In this document: positions 29,446 through 39,645 of the stretch, in pieces | Layout: every line of letters begins with the position of its first letter | How positions within the stretch are numbered: the first letter of the stretch is position 1 | Source of the DNA: a virus | Virus record (IMG/VR): IMGVR_UViG_3300021400_000206 | Coordinates: 1,615-65,614 of that record | Reading direction: 5' to 3' (one strand) | Length of the DNA stretch: 64,000 nt | Translations under genes and position numbers: made by a program | The notes under the pieces: generated by a model | Told to the model about the DNA's origin: nothing | What the model saw: the letters and a program-made list of their open reading frames with translations, nothing else | Databases searched by the model: none

Positions 29446-30489
29446 ATGGAAGAAGTATGGAAAGATATTAAAGGTTACGAAGGGCTCTACCAGGTTTCAA
29501 ATCTTGGTAGAGTCAAGTCGGTCACACATGATGTTATTGATTCTATAGGAAGACATTCCGTTAAAGAAGGTCGTATTCTTTCGCTACGAAATTCTACCAA
29601 GACGGGCTACCCGACTATCAACCTTGCAAAAGATGGCAAATTCAAATCGTTCAATATTCATCGACTTGTTGCAGAAGCATTTATACCGAACCCAAAAAAT
29701 CTTCCATGTGTAAATCATAAAGACGAGTCGAGAGATAATAATTGTGTTAATAATCTCGAATGGTGTACCTACAAGTACAATAATACTTACGGAACTGCAT
29801 CTGAGAGAAGGACGAAGAGGTTGAGAGAGTATTTTAATAGCCATGAAGTAATTGGGCACCCGCATCACGTAAAACCTATAGTGCAATATTCATTATCCGG
29901 AAAGGTTGTACGTGAATTTACGAGCATCAATGCGGCAGAACGTGAACTTGGATTTAGCCCAAGTTCTGGAATATCTGCATGTTGTTCTGGAAAGCTCCAT
30001 ACTGCTTATGGCTATGTTTGGCGATTCAAAGACGAGCAATTTAGCTCCATTGAAAGCAAACCAAAACGCCATCAGAAGTTTGTTATCAAGCGTGATGCTG
30101 CAGGAAACGAGATTGCAAGATATAAAAGTGTCTCTGAGGCCGCAAAAGAGAATGGTTTTGAACGTCATACTCTCAGAAAGACAAATATCATTGGCGGTTA
30201 TGTTTATGAAATCGAGAAGAAAGATAACGAGTTCATACCCAAAGGCCACAAAGGATCGCGTCCAGATTTAAAAGGCAAAGGCACCAAGAAAGTGTATCAA
30301 TACGCTAAAGACGGAACTTTTGTTGCAGAGTATAATAGCGTAAAAGATGCAGCAATAGCGATGGGAGGCGCAAGCAAAGGTCCAGACATCTCGAATTGTG
30401 CTAACGGGAAGTTATTGTCTGCTTTTGGTTTTGATTGGAGATTTAAAAAGAAACATCATGGAAGTAAACGTATCAGCAAAGACAAGTAA
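29446..30489 (+). CDS. NUMOD4-HNH-NUMOD1 homing endonuclease
   Basis: EEVWKDIKGYEGLYQVSNLGRV (NUMOD4); HRLVAEAF...VNHKDE...NN..NNLEW (HNH); three NUMOD1-like repeats; own promoter TATCTTTG at 29417-29424. Confidence 0.92.
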   Translation: MEEVWKDIKGYEGLYQVSNLGRVKSVTHDVIDSIGRHSVKEGRILSLRNSTKTGYPTINLAKDGKFKSFNIHRLVAEAFIPNPKNLPCVNHKDESRDNNCVNNLEWCTYKYNNTYGTASERRTKRLREYFNSHEVIGHPHHVKPIVQYSLSGKVVREFTSINAAERELGFSPSSGISACCSGKLHTAYGYVWRFKDEQFSSIESKPKRHQKFVIKRDAAGNEIARYKSVSEAAKENGFERHTLRKTNIIGGYVYEIEKKDNEFIPKGHKGSRPDLKGKGTKKVYQYAKDGTFVAEYNSVKDAAIAMGGASKGPDISNCANGKLLSAFGFDWRFKKKHHGSKRISKDK

Positions 30490-30991
30490 AATGGCCAGGT
30501 CGTTCAAGCTCACGCCTGAACAGATGGCCTTCGCCGACCTTGTGACACAGGGTTGGCCCGAAGAGGATGCATGGGCGATGACTATCAGGACCGGTGCAAC
30601 ATGGAACAGAGCCGCACTCAAGGACGAGGTGGCAAAGCTGTTGGCCACCGAAGCTGTTCAGCAGCGCATTGCTGAGAACAAGGAGGTGCTAAGACAGTCT
30701 CAGATAGACAAGATTCATGAGGGTATCAGGGATCATGCCGACGAGCTGCTTGAGAAAGCAACCAATAAGGAGAAGAAACTTATTGAGCTGCAGCAGATTC
30801 TTGAGAACCTCAAACCCGGCTCTACGGAGTACAATAAGGTCAACGACCAGATCATCAATATCTCCCGCATGAAACAGAATGAAGTGAAGACGGACGACAA
30901 CACCATTCACTATTATCTGCCTGTCAACTACCCTACGGGATGCGATGACTGTTTGTTCAACAAGAAAAGAAAACAGAAAAAGGATGTGTAA
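30458..30991 (+). CDS. Putative terminase small subunit
   Basis: LTPEQMAFADL...AW...AKLL...VQQRI resembles the TerS N-terminal HTH; lies in the packaging operon. Confidence 0.5.
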   Translation: MEVNVSAKTSKMARSFKLTPEQMAFADLVTQGWPEEDAWAMTIRTGATWNRAALKDEVAKLLATEAVQQRIAENKEVLRQSQIDKIHEGIRDHADELLEKATNKEKKLIELQQILENLKPGSTEYNKVNDQIINISRMKQNEVKTDDNTIHYYLPVNYPTGCDDCLFNKKRKQKKDV

Positions 30992-31023
30992 TTGGTATTC
31001 ATTTTGACATAGGTATTTTTTAA

Positions 31024-31052
31024 GGGGAGCCACTCGTGAGAGCAGTTCCCCT
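31024..31052. terminator. Hairpin between convergent operons
   Basis: GGGGAGC-ca-CTC-gtga-GAG-ca-GTTCCCC. Confidence 0.55.
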
Positions 31053-31057
31053 TGCTT

Positions 31058-31522
31058 TTACTTTCCTACCTCCTGCTTTCGCCCGTATTCAGCGATAAGC
31101 AGTGCATCGCACGTAAGAAGCGTTACCTTTTTCCCGAGGGCAGGGAACAGCTCCTGCGCCTTACTTTTAAGTCTCCGCTTCCATTCGGCCTTCTCGAAGT
31201 CAGAACTCTTTCCGAGCTGGTACATCTTCTGCCACTTCTGAGGCGTTATCTTATAAGTCTTGAGGTCGAGGGCCATCGTCGCCATCTCAAGGTGCCCGTT
31301 ATGGCGAGCAAATGTTGCGGTAGCCTTTGAACTCTGACCTGGAATACCCTTTCCAACATCTTCGAGATAAACGAAAGTGTCATCAGGATCGTACTGCCTT
31401 AAAAAGTTCAGAATATCCATCGGGGTCTCCGGCATTGAGATAACCTCTATAACATTTCCTTCTATATCAAGCACGGCCATGCCGCCCTTTTCTCCTGGAT
31501 CAATTCCTATGATAAATTTCAT
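31058..31522 (-). CDS. RuvC-like Holliday junction resolvase
   Basis: IIGIDPG, VYLEDV, ITPQKWQK, DALLIA. Confidence 0.85.
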   Translation of the reverse strand: MKFIIGIDPGEKGGMAVLDIEGNVIEVISMPETPMDILNFLRQYDPDDTFVYLEDVGKGIPGQSSKATATFARHNGHLEMATMALDLKTYKITPQKWQKMYQLGKSSDFEKAEWKRRLKSKAQELFPALGKKVTLLTCDALLIAEYGRKQEVGK

Positions 31523-31530
31523 TTCTGTTC

Positions 31531-31914
31531 TTATTTGTTGTTATCAGTTGATGCTTTGTCAATCTTTGAAAAAGCCGTCATTGGCAGATAGAAGCAGTCC
31601 TGGTCCGCCATCACGCCTCCTACAGTCACGACGTTAGTGACAGTTCCGTCATCCTTCATGAGCAAAGAGTCACACGGCAACCTCATTCCTTTTTTCAGAG
31701 GAAGCCATTTCACCTCACCGATGTCACGCTTCTTGTGTCTTGCGATGAATGTTGAAATCGTGTCAAGCTGGTCGACAAGAGTAAGGTCGCTGCACATGGG
31801 GAGGACGTTTGGAACTTCGTTCGCGCCATTGATGGCACCACAGAGGAAAGTCAGGAAGTCACTCACGCGCGCATAGTCCTGGATCATCTCCATCGTCTTC
31901 TCATCATTCCTCAT
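31531..31914 (-). CDS. Hypothetical protein (127 aa)
   Basis: ORF track; operon packing. Confidence 0.7.
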   Translation of the reverse strand: MRNDEKTMEMIQDYARVSDFLTFLCGAINGANEVPNVLPMCSDLTLVDQLDTISTFIARHKKRDIGEVKWLPLKKGMRLPCDSLLMKDDGTVTNVVTVGGVMADQDCFYLPMTAFSKIDKASTDNNK

Positions 31915-32458
31915 CGCCGGCCTCCTTCTTCATCTGATTCGCCATCTCAACAATATTGCTCTTCGTCTCCTCGTTCTTCTTCAATTCCTCGAGGATCTTG
32001 TCATCTTCCTCCTTGGAGAGGTCCTTGGCGGCCTTCTGACGCTCGATGAGGGCCTGCAGAGCTTTTCCCTTGTCAGCGTAATAGATGCTGTCTCCCTGGA
32101 CGCAGGTGTCTGTCATCCACATACCGAAGAGATGGGCAAAGTCGGCAATACTCTCGTATTCCGGCTCCTCTTTCTTTGCGTCGGCAAGAATGGCGAGAGA
32201 GAGAATGCGATCGATGAACATGAATACGCCCGTGTTGCAGCAGAACTCGACACTCCAAATCTGACTGATAGCCTCAACCTTGATGAAGGGCAGGCCGGCG
32301 CGCGTCAGAGTCTTGCGTACCTCCGGATGGATATCCTTGTCTTCGCGCAACTGCTTCATCTGCTGCTTGGTTAATACTTTGTTGTACTTGAGCACCGTAA
32401 AGTTGCCCACCTGAATCTTCCTTCCGAAAGGAAGCACCATGATTTCTTTCTTTTCCAT
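31904..32458 (-). CDS. Hypothetical protein (184 aa)
   Basis: ORF track; operon packing. Confidence 0.8.
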   Translation of the reverse strand: MEKKEIMVLPFGRKIQVGNFTVLKYNKVLTKQQMKQLREDKDIHPEVRKTLTRAGLPFIKVEAISQIWSVEFCCNTGVFMFIDRILSLAILADAKKEEPEYESIADFAHLFGMWMTDTCVQGDSIYYADKGKALQALIERQKAAKDLSKEEDDKILEELKKNEETKSNIVEMANQMKKEAGDEE

Positions 32459-32469
32459 AATTTTCTTTT

Positions 32470-32775
32470 TTATAATGTGTTCATATAATCTATTGCGAAA
32501 GCCACGGCCTTCTTTAATCTCTCAGGGTCTATATCCTCGACACCTTGCTGTCCTTGCATGAATGAAGAGTGCTGCTGCAGGTCGAGCATGTAACGCTCTT
32601 TGTCATACAGGCTCACATAGGCACGTCTCTTGCAGACATGTGAACTGCCGAACACGCAGTTAGCAGGAGTATCGGGCTTCTTGCATATACCAAAGCCGTC
32701 AACACCCTCATATTTGAACCAACAGCACGATCCGCAGATCCTGTTACTTACGTTAAGCATCTTCTTGCCATCCAT
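32470..32775 (-). CDS. Cys-rich hypothetical protein
   Basis: CGSCCWF...GIC...C. Confidence 0.7.
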   Translation of the reverse strand: MDGKKMLNVSNRICGSCCWFKYEGVDGFGICKKPDTPANCVFGSSHVCKRRAYVSLYDKERYMLDLQQHSSFMQGQQGVEDIDPERLKKAVAFAIDYMNTL

Positions 32776-33194
32776 TACACTTGTTCTTTATTTTCGTAGA
32801 CGGTGCCTTTTACTCTTAACTCAGAATACATGCCATCGATATTGTATTTTAACATCTCACCAAGTGGAGTTCTACTCTCTTTACATGTTTCATTACCAAA
32901 GACTTCGTCCATGTAGAAATATCCATCAGGATGATATTCCACGGAAGCAAAAGGTCTGACAATATCAAATCTTGAATATATCAAGTCACCCTCATAAATC
33001 GGCTTGTTATCGAAGTCATAAAGCCCCGTGAACATACCTACACTCTCAGGCACGACCTCATAGCCGGCCACCATAACACGGTCCTCAAGGCCGGTCTTGG
33101 TGACTTTCTTGTTGTGGACCAAATCACCATAGACCCAACCTTTCTGCCCGACGGCATCAAAACCTCTGAACTTGTATTCTCTCATACGAATCAA
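32775..33194 (-). CDS. YopX-family protein
   Basis: REYKFRG...WVYGDL...SVGMFTGLYD...IYEGD...GTVYEN. Confidence 0.85.
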   Translation of the reverse strand: MIRMREYKFRGFDAVGQKGWVYGDLVHNKKVTKTGLEDRVMVAGYEVVPESVGMFTGLYDFDNKPIYEGDLIYSRFDIVRPFASVEYHPDGYFYMDEVFGNETCKESRTPLGEMLKYNIDGMYSELRVKGTVYENKEQV

Positions 33195-33349
33195 AATGAT
33201 ATGTCACACCTTGGGTCCCCTCCAACAGTATTGCCGAAATCATCATATATATCTTCTGCATTGATATACACTCTGACAGGGGAGCCATGCTCTGATCTCA
33301 GCTTCTTATAAAGCTCTATAAACTGCTTTTTGTATTCTTGTATATTCAT
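33191..33349 (-). CDS. Small hypothetical protein (52 aa; not in ORF track)
   Basis: Manual translation MNIQEYKKQFIELYKKLRSEHG...CDISF fills the gap exactly. Confidence 0.6.
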   Translation of the reverse strand: MNIQEYKKQFIELYKKLRSEHGSPVRVYINAEDIYDDFGNTVGGDPRCDISF

Positions 33350-33352
33350 AAC

Positions 33353-33883
33353 TTAATCTTCTTCTTCGTTAAAGTCAATAGGAGGCATGCTCTTTAATCT
33401 GTATGCCTTGATATATTTCTTCCCTTCAAGAATGGCACGAGCCACCCTGTGATTGCCGTCAGCAACCTGTCCTAAATCGTCAAGAAGGATAGGAATGTTC
33501 GTATCGGCGTTCTTACAACGCTTCATGTGCCAGATAAAGCTATCAAAGTTTCCAACCTTGAAAGGCATCACACTGAGATCAATAGAGGCCAGAGGCACAT
33601 CGAAAGGTTTCAAGCCGTCCTCTTCTGCCTTCTTGTATAGAGAGGCCGCAAGCCAGCCATTCTTCCCACGCACATAACGACTCTCGGCGAAATCAAACCT
33701 TCCACCGAGGTCAACAGTAGGAGCATCTTCCGATTCAGGATGCTCAAAATGTTTCTCCATACCTTTCACGAGATCATCAAATATGTAATGCACGAGCACC
33801 CTTCTTGTATTCACCTCGTTCTCTTTGAGTGCGGAGTCCAAATCCTCCTTACACATATTTATCAACTCTTTCAACTCACTCAT
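33353..33883 (-). CDS. ParB/Srx-like domain protein
   Basis: PILLD...VADGNHRV.RA...G. Confidence 0.7.
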   Translation of the reverse strand: MSELKELINMCKEDLDSALKENEVNTRRVLVHYIFDDLVKGMEKHFEHPESEDAPTVDLGGRFDFAESRYVRGKNGWLAASLYKKAEEDGLKPFDVPLASIDLSVMPFKVGNFDSFIWHMKRCKNADTNIPILLDDLGQVADGNHRVARAILEGKKYIKAYRLKSMPPIDFNEEED

Positions 33884-33884
33884 A

Positions 33885-34322
33885 TCACTTCACTCCTGTA
33901 TGTCCGTAACCACCTTCACCGCGCTCGGTATCATCAAGAACCTCAACGGGAACAAACTCTGCTTTCTCATGCTTGGCAATGACAAGCTGGGCGATACGCT
34001 CACCATCCTCGATGACAAAATCCTCGTTAGAGAGGTTTATGAGGATGGCACCTATCTCGCCACGGTAGTCCGCGTCAATGGTGCCAGGCGCATTAAGAAC
34101 GGTGATGCCCTTCTTCAACGCGAGGCCGCTGCGGGGACGCACCTGTGCCTCATAACCTACAGGGAGAGCTATATGCAGGCCCGTAGGAACGAGAATACGC
34201 TGCAGGGGTGATAATACTATGGGAGCATCGATATTTGCTCTCAGATCAACGCCAGCACTCTGTTCGGTGGCGTACTCGGGCAGCGGATGGTTGCTGCGAT
34301 TGATAATTCTGACTCTTAACAT
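33885..34322 (-). CDS. dut: dUTPase (trimeric)
   Basis: [39 protein letters not shown]. Confidence 0.97.
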   Translation of the reverse strand: MLRVRIINRSNHPLPEYATEQSAGVDLRANIDAPIVLSPLQRILVPTGLHIALPVGYEAQVRPRSGLALKKGITVLNAPGTIDADYRGEIGAILINLSNEDFVIEDGERIAQLVIAKHEKAEFVPVEVLDDTERGEGGYGHTGVK

Positions 34323-34594
34323 ATGTGAGTATTAAAATGATTCCCTTTCTTTACATATCTCCCGTAGTGGCCGTAAGGATTGAAGCCGGGGGCCTTCTGC
34401 AGGCCAAGCTCCTTCGCCTTGCGACTTATGATGTCGGTGCTGATACCCAACTCATCGGAGATGTCAACGAGATAGTTATTAGGGTAGAGCTCTTTCAGCT
34501 TCTTCACCTGCTCATCGGTCCATTCATACCGTCTCCTCATAGTCCTCCTTTCTGTCATCGTCACTGTTGGGATCGTAAGAGAAATAATCGACAC
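34316..34594 (-). CDS. Small HTH-like protein (true start probably at internal MRRRYEW)
   Basis: [14 protein letters not shown]...ISDELG...KAKELGL. Confidence 0.65.
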   Translation of the reverse strand: MSIISLTIPTVTMTERRTMRRRYEWTDEQVKKLKELYPNNYLVDISDELGISTDIISRKAKELGLQKAPGFNPYGHYGRYVKKGNHFNTHIC

Positions 34595-34826
34595 CCATGG
34601 CGATGACCATGATGATGATTGATAACCACGAGAGCAGTATGAGGCTTATCGCCACGCCCTTATCCATTGCCGTCAGCTTCTTACTTCTGAGCTTCATGAC
34701 AAAATATTCGATGGCACCAAAGATAAAAGCACCAACAAACCAAAAAACAAAAAACTTAATCATCTTCGTTAATGAATGTTCCTTTTTCCTTAATATAATC
34801 AACATGCATATCCTCGGTCTCGACAA
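34524..34826 (-). CDS. Small membrane protein (start probably MIKFF)
   Basis: Two hydrophobic segments. Confidence 0.6.
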   Translation of the reverse strand: MSRPRICMLIILRKKEHSLTKMIKFFVFWFVGAFIFGAIEYFVMKLRSKKLTAMDKGVAISLILLSWLSIIIMVIAMGVDYFSYDPNSDDDRKEDYEETV

Positions 34827-36285
34827 TGAAAGCCTCCTGCAGACGCTTCTCTATGTCGGTACAACCGTAGATCTGATAGTGGGCCTCTCCGTTGATACGC
34901 TTTCTGTAGAAGCCGAAACGGACCATCGTCTGACCGAACTTCTGCTTCGATGGCACATCGACATTGTTATCGGTACAGAACTGAACAACACTCCTATACA
35001 GGTCCTGTGTGTGCATATAGAGGTAGCTCTCATGGTTCGCCAACGCCTCCTTGCGTATCTGATAGGCATTGATCCACGCAATGACAGGATTCATCTTGAG
35101 CTGGGCCAGGATGATCTGTCTGCGACTGCCCTCCGACGACGGGAACATGAACTTCCTGCGCTTCAACTCCCTGCTGCCACGCAAGATCCAATTAAAGATG
35201 CCGGGGTACTCATCAACCAGCTCACGCGACAAGGCGGGATTCTGCTTGTCCTTCGGTATCGTAACCTCAAAACTGATGAACTGCAGGCGACGGATGAAGC
35301 CAAGGCTCTGATCGTCACTCGTGGGCAGCTCATTCATATTGAAGATAAGGAAAGGGATCTTGCAGTTCTCCTTCACGTCCTCACCAAGCTTTCTGTCCGT
35401 GATGCTCTCACCGCTCACGATCCTCTTGAACACGCCGGTCCGCTTCTTGCCGAAGGTCCTCTGATCGGAGTCGGAGCTCCAGTTGAAGATGGCATCACGC
35501 AACAGGCGGCGGGCCCTCATGCCCTCGTCACCGGTAGCCGTCAAATCATCATAATCCAGACCGCTGATCCTGTCCTTGCCGAAGATGCCCAACGCGGTAT
35601 CATAGATGGTGCTCTTACCATTGGCACCGGTACCAAGCAAAATCAGGCACAGCTCTATCTTCGCCGCATTCTTTCCTTCATAGGGGTTATACACCGTGCC
35701 ACGCTCCATCAGGCCCAGCCCCAAGAACATCTGCAGAATAAGACGGGAGTTCTTGTCCGGCAGCACCTCATGAAGGAAACTCTGCCACCTGTAACACTTC
35801 GCATCCTTATCATAAGGGTAGGGATGGTAATAGGTGACATGAAAACGCTCGTTGAAGTCATACAGCCGGTATTCCCTCAAATCCAACACACCATTACTGA
35901 ATGCTATCAGATCATGACGGGGCAACAGCAGATTGTACTGCTCGATAACCTTCATGAAGTAATCCTGGCACACCTGCTTGTTACCTACCATAGGGGCTAT
36001 ACGCAAATGAACCAATAACTGATCATAGGCACTGATAATGTAATCACGCTTGACAACAACATAAATCCTGCCGTCAAACATGTAGAAATTATCATCGTAA
36101 TACTTGATCGGAGCACACTGAGCAAGCATACGGATCTTCTCTATGAACGCTAACTTCTTCGAACAGTACACCTCGCCGCTCTTGGCACCCCAAGCACCAA
36201 CGAACTCCGAAAAGGACATGTTCTCAGATGTCGATAGGTTCAATAAAGTAGAAAAAATCTTGTTTATTACTGCTGACGCTAACAA
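34756..36285 (-). CDS. D5/P4-primase-family SF3 helicase
   Basis: IAFSNGVLDL (D5_N), WQSFLHEVLPD, Walker A GTGANGKST, FKRIVSGE, NELP, RRL; promoter at 36474-36481 (-). Confidence 0.85.
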   Translation of the reverse strand: MLASAVINKIFSTLLNLSTSENMSFSEFVGAWGAKSGEVYCSKKLAFIEKIRMLAQCAPIKYYDDNFYMFDGRIYVVVKRDYIISAYDQLLVHLRIAPMVGNKQVCQDYFMKVIEQYNLLLPRHDLIAFSNGVLDLREYRLYDFNERFHVTYYHPYPYDKDAKCYRWQSFLHEVLPDKNSRLILQMFLGLGLMERGTVYNPYEGKNAAKIELCLILLGTGANGKSTIYDTALGIFGKDRISGLDYDDLTATGDEGMRARRLLRDAIFNWSSDSDQRTFGKKRTGVFKRIVSGESITDRKLGEDVKENCKIPFLIFNMNELPTSDDQSLGFIRRLQFISFEVTIPKDKQNPALSRELVDEYPGIFNWILRGSRELKRRKFMFPSSEGSRRQIILAQLKMNPVIAWINAYQIRKEALANHESYLYMHTQDLYRSVVQFCTDNNVDVPSKQKFGQTMVRFGFYRKRINGEAHYQIYGCTDIEKRLQEAFIVETEDMHVDYIKEKGTFINEDD

Positions 36286-37070
36286 TTTTTCGTGATAACG
36301 ACGCTCAACTCGCAGTGGTCGATATGATAATCTTGTGGTCGATATTTTTTTCTATCCGCCACCGCAAAACACCTCTGTTTATGCGGGTTTCAAAACGAAA
36401 TGATCGATTTTCGCTATATTTGAAATTTTCGACAAGAAAAAATTCGAATTTCACACTTTCACCGATTCCACTGCAAAAATACAAAATATCTCTCATATCA
36501 ACCACCTTTTATACAAAAACCCTCTATTTATTAAGCTTTTTTAGTGGTCGATATACTTTTTTCAATATTTTTTTATATACATCTTGTGGTAGTTATTGAC
36601 CACGTATCCCCATTTTCGCTATTGTTAAAATGACCCCAAAAATTATGAAAAATATTTTTTGGAGGCGACGTGACCTTGGATTGCACCCTGGGCACGGGGG
36701 TGCATAGGTATGCAATTTTTATGCAATTATCTGCATATCAGCCCATTGGCATGTTATATCGCGTGCAATAGTATTGAAATACTATTTTGATATTTTGTCA
36801 ATATTTTTTACTGGGTGGTTCACGCAATATTTTGCGCAAATTGTATCGCGCCCGCCTCAAATCAACGTAATTTTTACGCAATTTTCAAACGTTCCGGAAA
36901 TTGTTTCGTGTTCCATTTACACTATTTGCCATTTGCATATTATATCGCTATTTACTGGAAGATTACAGAAAACTCCGGTTTTATTTTTGCATGTAAAAAT
37001 AATTCATGTATAGAAAATAGCCTATTATTTAGAATTTTCCGAAATGTGCGTGTTAAAATGTGTAAACGTG

Positions 37071-37252
37071 TAACTTATTGTTTTTCAGTTAGTTACACGC
37101 TGTTTTATAGTGTTTTTAAAACACTATGTTTACAAATTTTGCCTAAACGCTAAATTTTTCGTATATAAAATTCTTTACAAAATAGCCCTTATTTAGACGT
37201 ATCTATATTGTTATATTTATACTTTATAACTTGTTGTTTTTCAGTCAGTTAC
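37071..37252. repeat. Two 26-bp direct repeats in AT-rich intergenic zone
   Basis: TAACTTATTGTTTTTCAGTTAGTTAC (37071) and TAACTTGTTGTTTTTCAGTCAGTTAC (37227), 24/26 identical. Confidence 0.8.
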
Positions 37253-37427
37253 AAACACATAAATATTTATACATGCTTTATTTAGACAAAATAATGCTTT
37301 TTTTCGTTGGGTTTTCGTTTATTTTTCCCTAACTTTGTAGCAAAGAGAAGGGGAGAAGTCCTTAACTCTTATTAACATTCGGTATAGTGCTCCACCTATA
37401 ACGGGCACACACTTAAATTTCTGATTT

Positions 37428-38018
37428 ATGAGTATTTCTAAAAAAGTAGCTGCCGAAACTGCAAAGCAAGTTAAGCAGACAAGTGCGAAAGCATCAAAGG
37501 AAAGTGCAGCCGACAAACTGCAAGCAGCCGTTTTACTGGAGGGTAAGCAAGAACGCGCAAAGTCTGAATTAAGTAAGGCTTTCGAGCGTGCAGAGAACAG
37601 AGCGGCAGAGTTATTTAACTCTGACTGCTTGGCAAAGGTTCAGGAGATGATAGCAAGCCGTATCGAGTTAGCCCTGATTCAGGAGCGCAATTTGTTCAAG
37701 CAGCGCAATATTAACGGGGGATTCTCTGCCGAAATTCGTGTGCTTGATTCAATTCTTTCCAAAGGTAAGGAAGAATCCAACGGATTTAAGGTTAGATTTT
37801 CGGACACTGAAAACGGCTTGACTGCCACACCCGCCACTGATTTACACACTATGTTTGCAGCCGCTAAACAGAGCATGTTAAAAGTGAAAATTGCAGAGCG
37901 GGAAGAGAAAGCAGCAGCAGCCGCAAAGGAGGAGGAAAGAAAACTGGAGGTTATGAAAGAGGTAGGTATCACACCGGAGCAGTTAGCCGCACTTAAAGCA
38001 GCCGGAGTTATCAAGTAA
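37428..38018 (+). CDS. Hypothetical Ala/Lys/Glu-rich protein, stand-alone transcription unit
   Basis: Promoter TAACTTTG at 37330-37337; terminator immediately downstream. Confidence 0.8.
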   Translation: MSISKKVAAETAKQVKQTSAKASKESAADKLQAAVLLEGKQERAKSELSKAFERAENRAAELFNSDCLAKVQEMIASRIELALIQERNLFKQRNINGGFSAEIRVLDSILSKGKEESNGFKVRFSDTENGLTATPATDLHTMFAAAKQSMLKVKIAEREEKAAAAAKEEERKLEVMKEVGITPEQLAALKAAGVIK

Positions 38019-38037
38019 CTTTCACACACTTATAGAG

Positions 38038-38063
38038 AAAGCCCGATTTATTCGGGCTTTTTC
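38038..38063 (+). terminator. Intrinsic terminator
   Basis: AAAGCCCGA-tttat-TCGGGCTTT followed by T-run. Confidence 0.85.
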
Positions 38064-38796
38064 TTTGCCCAAAAGTTTGCGTTTTAATGTAGCTTATCGG
38101 ATTTAATCCGGTAATCGGTCGCAAGCCCGAACGAATACAGAGTGGAACGCAATTCCCAAGCGAACGAACCGAACGAACGGCAAAGCTGGACGAACGGGGG
38201 AAAATTGCAAGCAGAGTTTCAGAGAAAAGTAGGCGAATAGCTAATGAATATCTGGGGCAAGCGGAGAATGAGGTATTTCTTTTGAGATCCCTGGGCAAGC
38301 CGCGACGCAAATCACTCCGTTCAGAGCGAACGACACCCGAACCGAAACAAGTTCGACAAGTGTTTTATAGATAAGGTCCTCGAGACAAAACTCTAATGAA
38401 CAAGTTATTATTTCCCATTGGAAATAGTAACATGAACACATAAATAAATCATATTCTTTTTAGGTCCTGGCTACTTGGATCTGGCGGGTGGTTCCCGCTG
38501 AAAGTACGATAGCACATTTAATCACTTTAGTATGTTATCATTCCGAACGAACACCGAACGATTAAGTACGATGAACGACCGGAAGCACGAAAGAAATTTA
38601 AGGTGTAAGACCTGAGTATAAAGAATGGTTCCCGAATGATTCATAAATCGGAATAAGGAACGGTTGCACGTAAAGAGGCCGAAAGGGACGTGCAGGAGAG
38701 AACAAGTACGATAATAAAAACGAAGTTCCTGAGACTACGGGAGAGAGTACGAGAAATCTGCTCTCTCTTGCCATTAACCCTTTAAAACAAACGAAT

Positions 38797-39009
38797 ATGA
38801 AAAAGAGATTATCAAGAATGCAGTTATTAGAGATTAAAGAAATTATCAGTAACTACAACATGGGATTTCTGACAAAGTTAGAATATAATTGTCAGATTAT
38901 CGCGGTCTATACCTGGGAAAGCAGGAGGCAGATACTATGGCACCTGGCTTGTCTGCTGCCCGAATGGATTCACAACCTGATTTTTAATATCAGAGCAAAT
39001 CGTTCTTAG
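38797..39009 (+). CDS. Hypothetical protein (70 aa)
   Basis: A-rich leader; stop codon fused to repeat element. Confidence 0.65.
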   Translation: MKKRLSRMQLLEIKEIISNYNMGFLTKLEYNCQIIAVYTWESRRQILWHLACLLPEWIHNLIFNIRANRS

Positions 39010-39070
39010 TCTTCACCGGTTATCAAGTACGATGACCGGACGATTTATTAACCAATTAAAACAAACGAAT

Positions 39071-39319
39071 ATGTTTAAATCAAGTTCAATGTTCCGTGGT
39101 GTTGTTACGATGAACAACGGCACACACAAGATTATCCGCGTAGGTGTTCAGATGGTTGCAAGAATTACGACCATGTTCAAGGAAGAGAAGAAGAACGTCT
39201 TCCGGAATGAGCAAAATCTCCTGGCCCTGGCTGGAAATGATATTCTGAACATTTCAGAGGTCAAGAGCATCAAGTTCATGTACGAACACAATCGCGAAGA
39301 GTTGCTGACTCTTGCTTAG
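39071..39319 (+). CDS. Hypothetical protein (start MFKSSS)
   Basis: Bounded by repeat elements. Confidence 0.75.
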   Translation: MFKSSSMFRGVVTMNNGTHKIIRVGVQMVARITTMFKEEKKNVFRNEQNLLALAGNDILNISEVKSIKFMYEHNREELLTLA

Positions 39320-39365
39320 TCTCTGGCGGGATTATTCCCGCTACTATTAACCAAACGATAAAGAT

Positions 39366-39599
39366 ATGAGAAAAAGAAAACTTAAAATGAGCTATCTTTC
39401 TGAATTAGGATTCAGTAAGTTTTGGCGCGGCAAAGTTGCAGGCATCAAAGGTTATTTCTATAGAATGGATAAGCCTCTGACCGATGAGCAACGAGAGTAC
39501 GTTTCGGGATTCTCGAATGTATCTCTTCACACATCATCTTGTGAGTACGCACCGGAAATCAAGCATGAAGTTGTTTTCCTGGCGGACAAGTGCTGGTAG
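39366..39599 (+). CDS. Hypothetical protein (77 aa)
   Basis: Bounded by repeat elements. Confidence 0.75.
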   Translation: MRKRKLKMSYLSELGFSKFWRGKVAGIKGYFYRMDKPLTDEQREYVSGFSNVSLHTSSCEYAPEIKHEVVFLADKCW

Positions 39600-39645
39600 T
39601 CTTAGCAGCCGAACGGCTGCACTATTAACCAAAAACAAAAGAATT

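Noticed and set aside
34597-36018. 473-aa + strand ORF
   Set aside because: Antisense shadow of the SF3 helicase, which has clear motifs on the minus strand.
36305-37153. Several 66-112 aa ORFs in the AT-rich zone
   Set aside because: Phe/Ile-rich chance ORFs with non-standard starts and no motifs.
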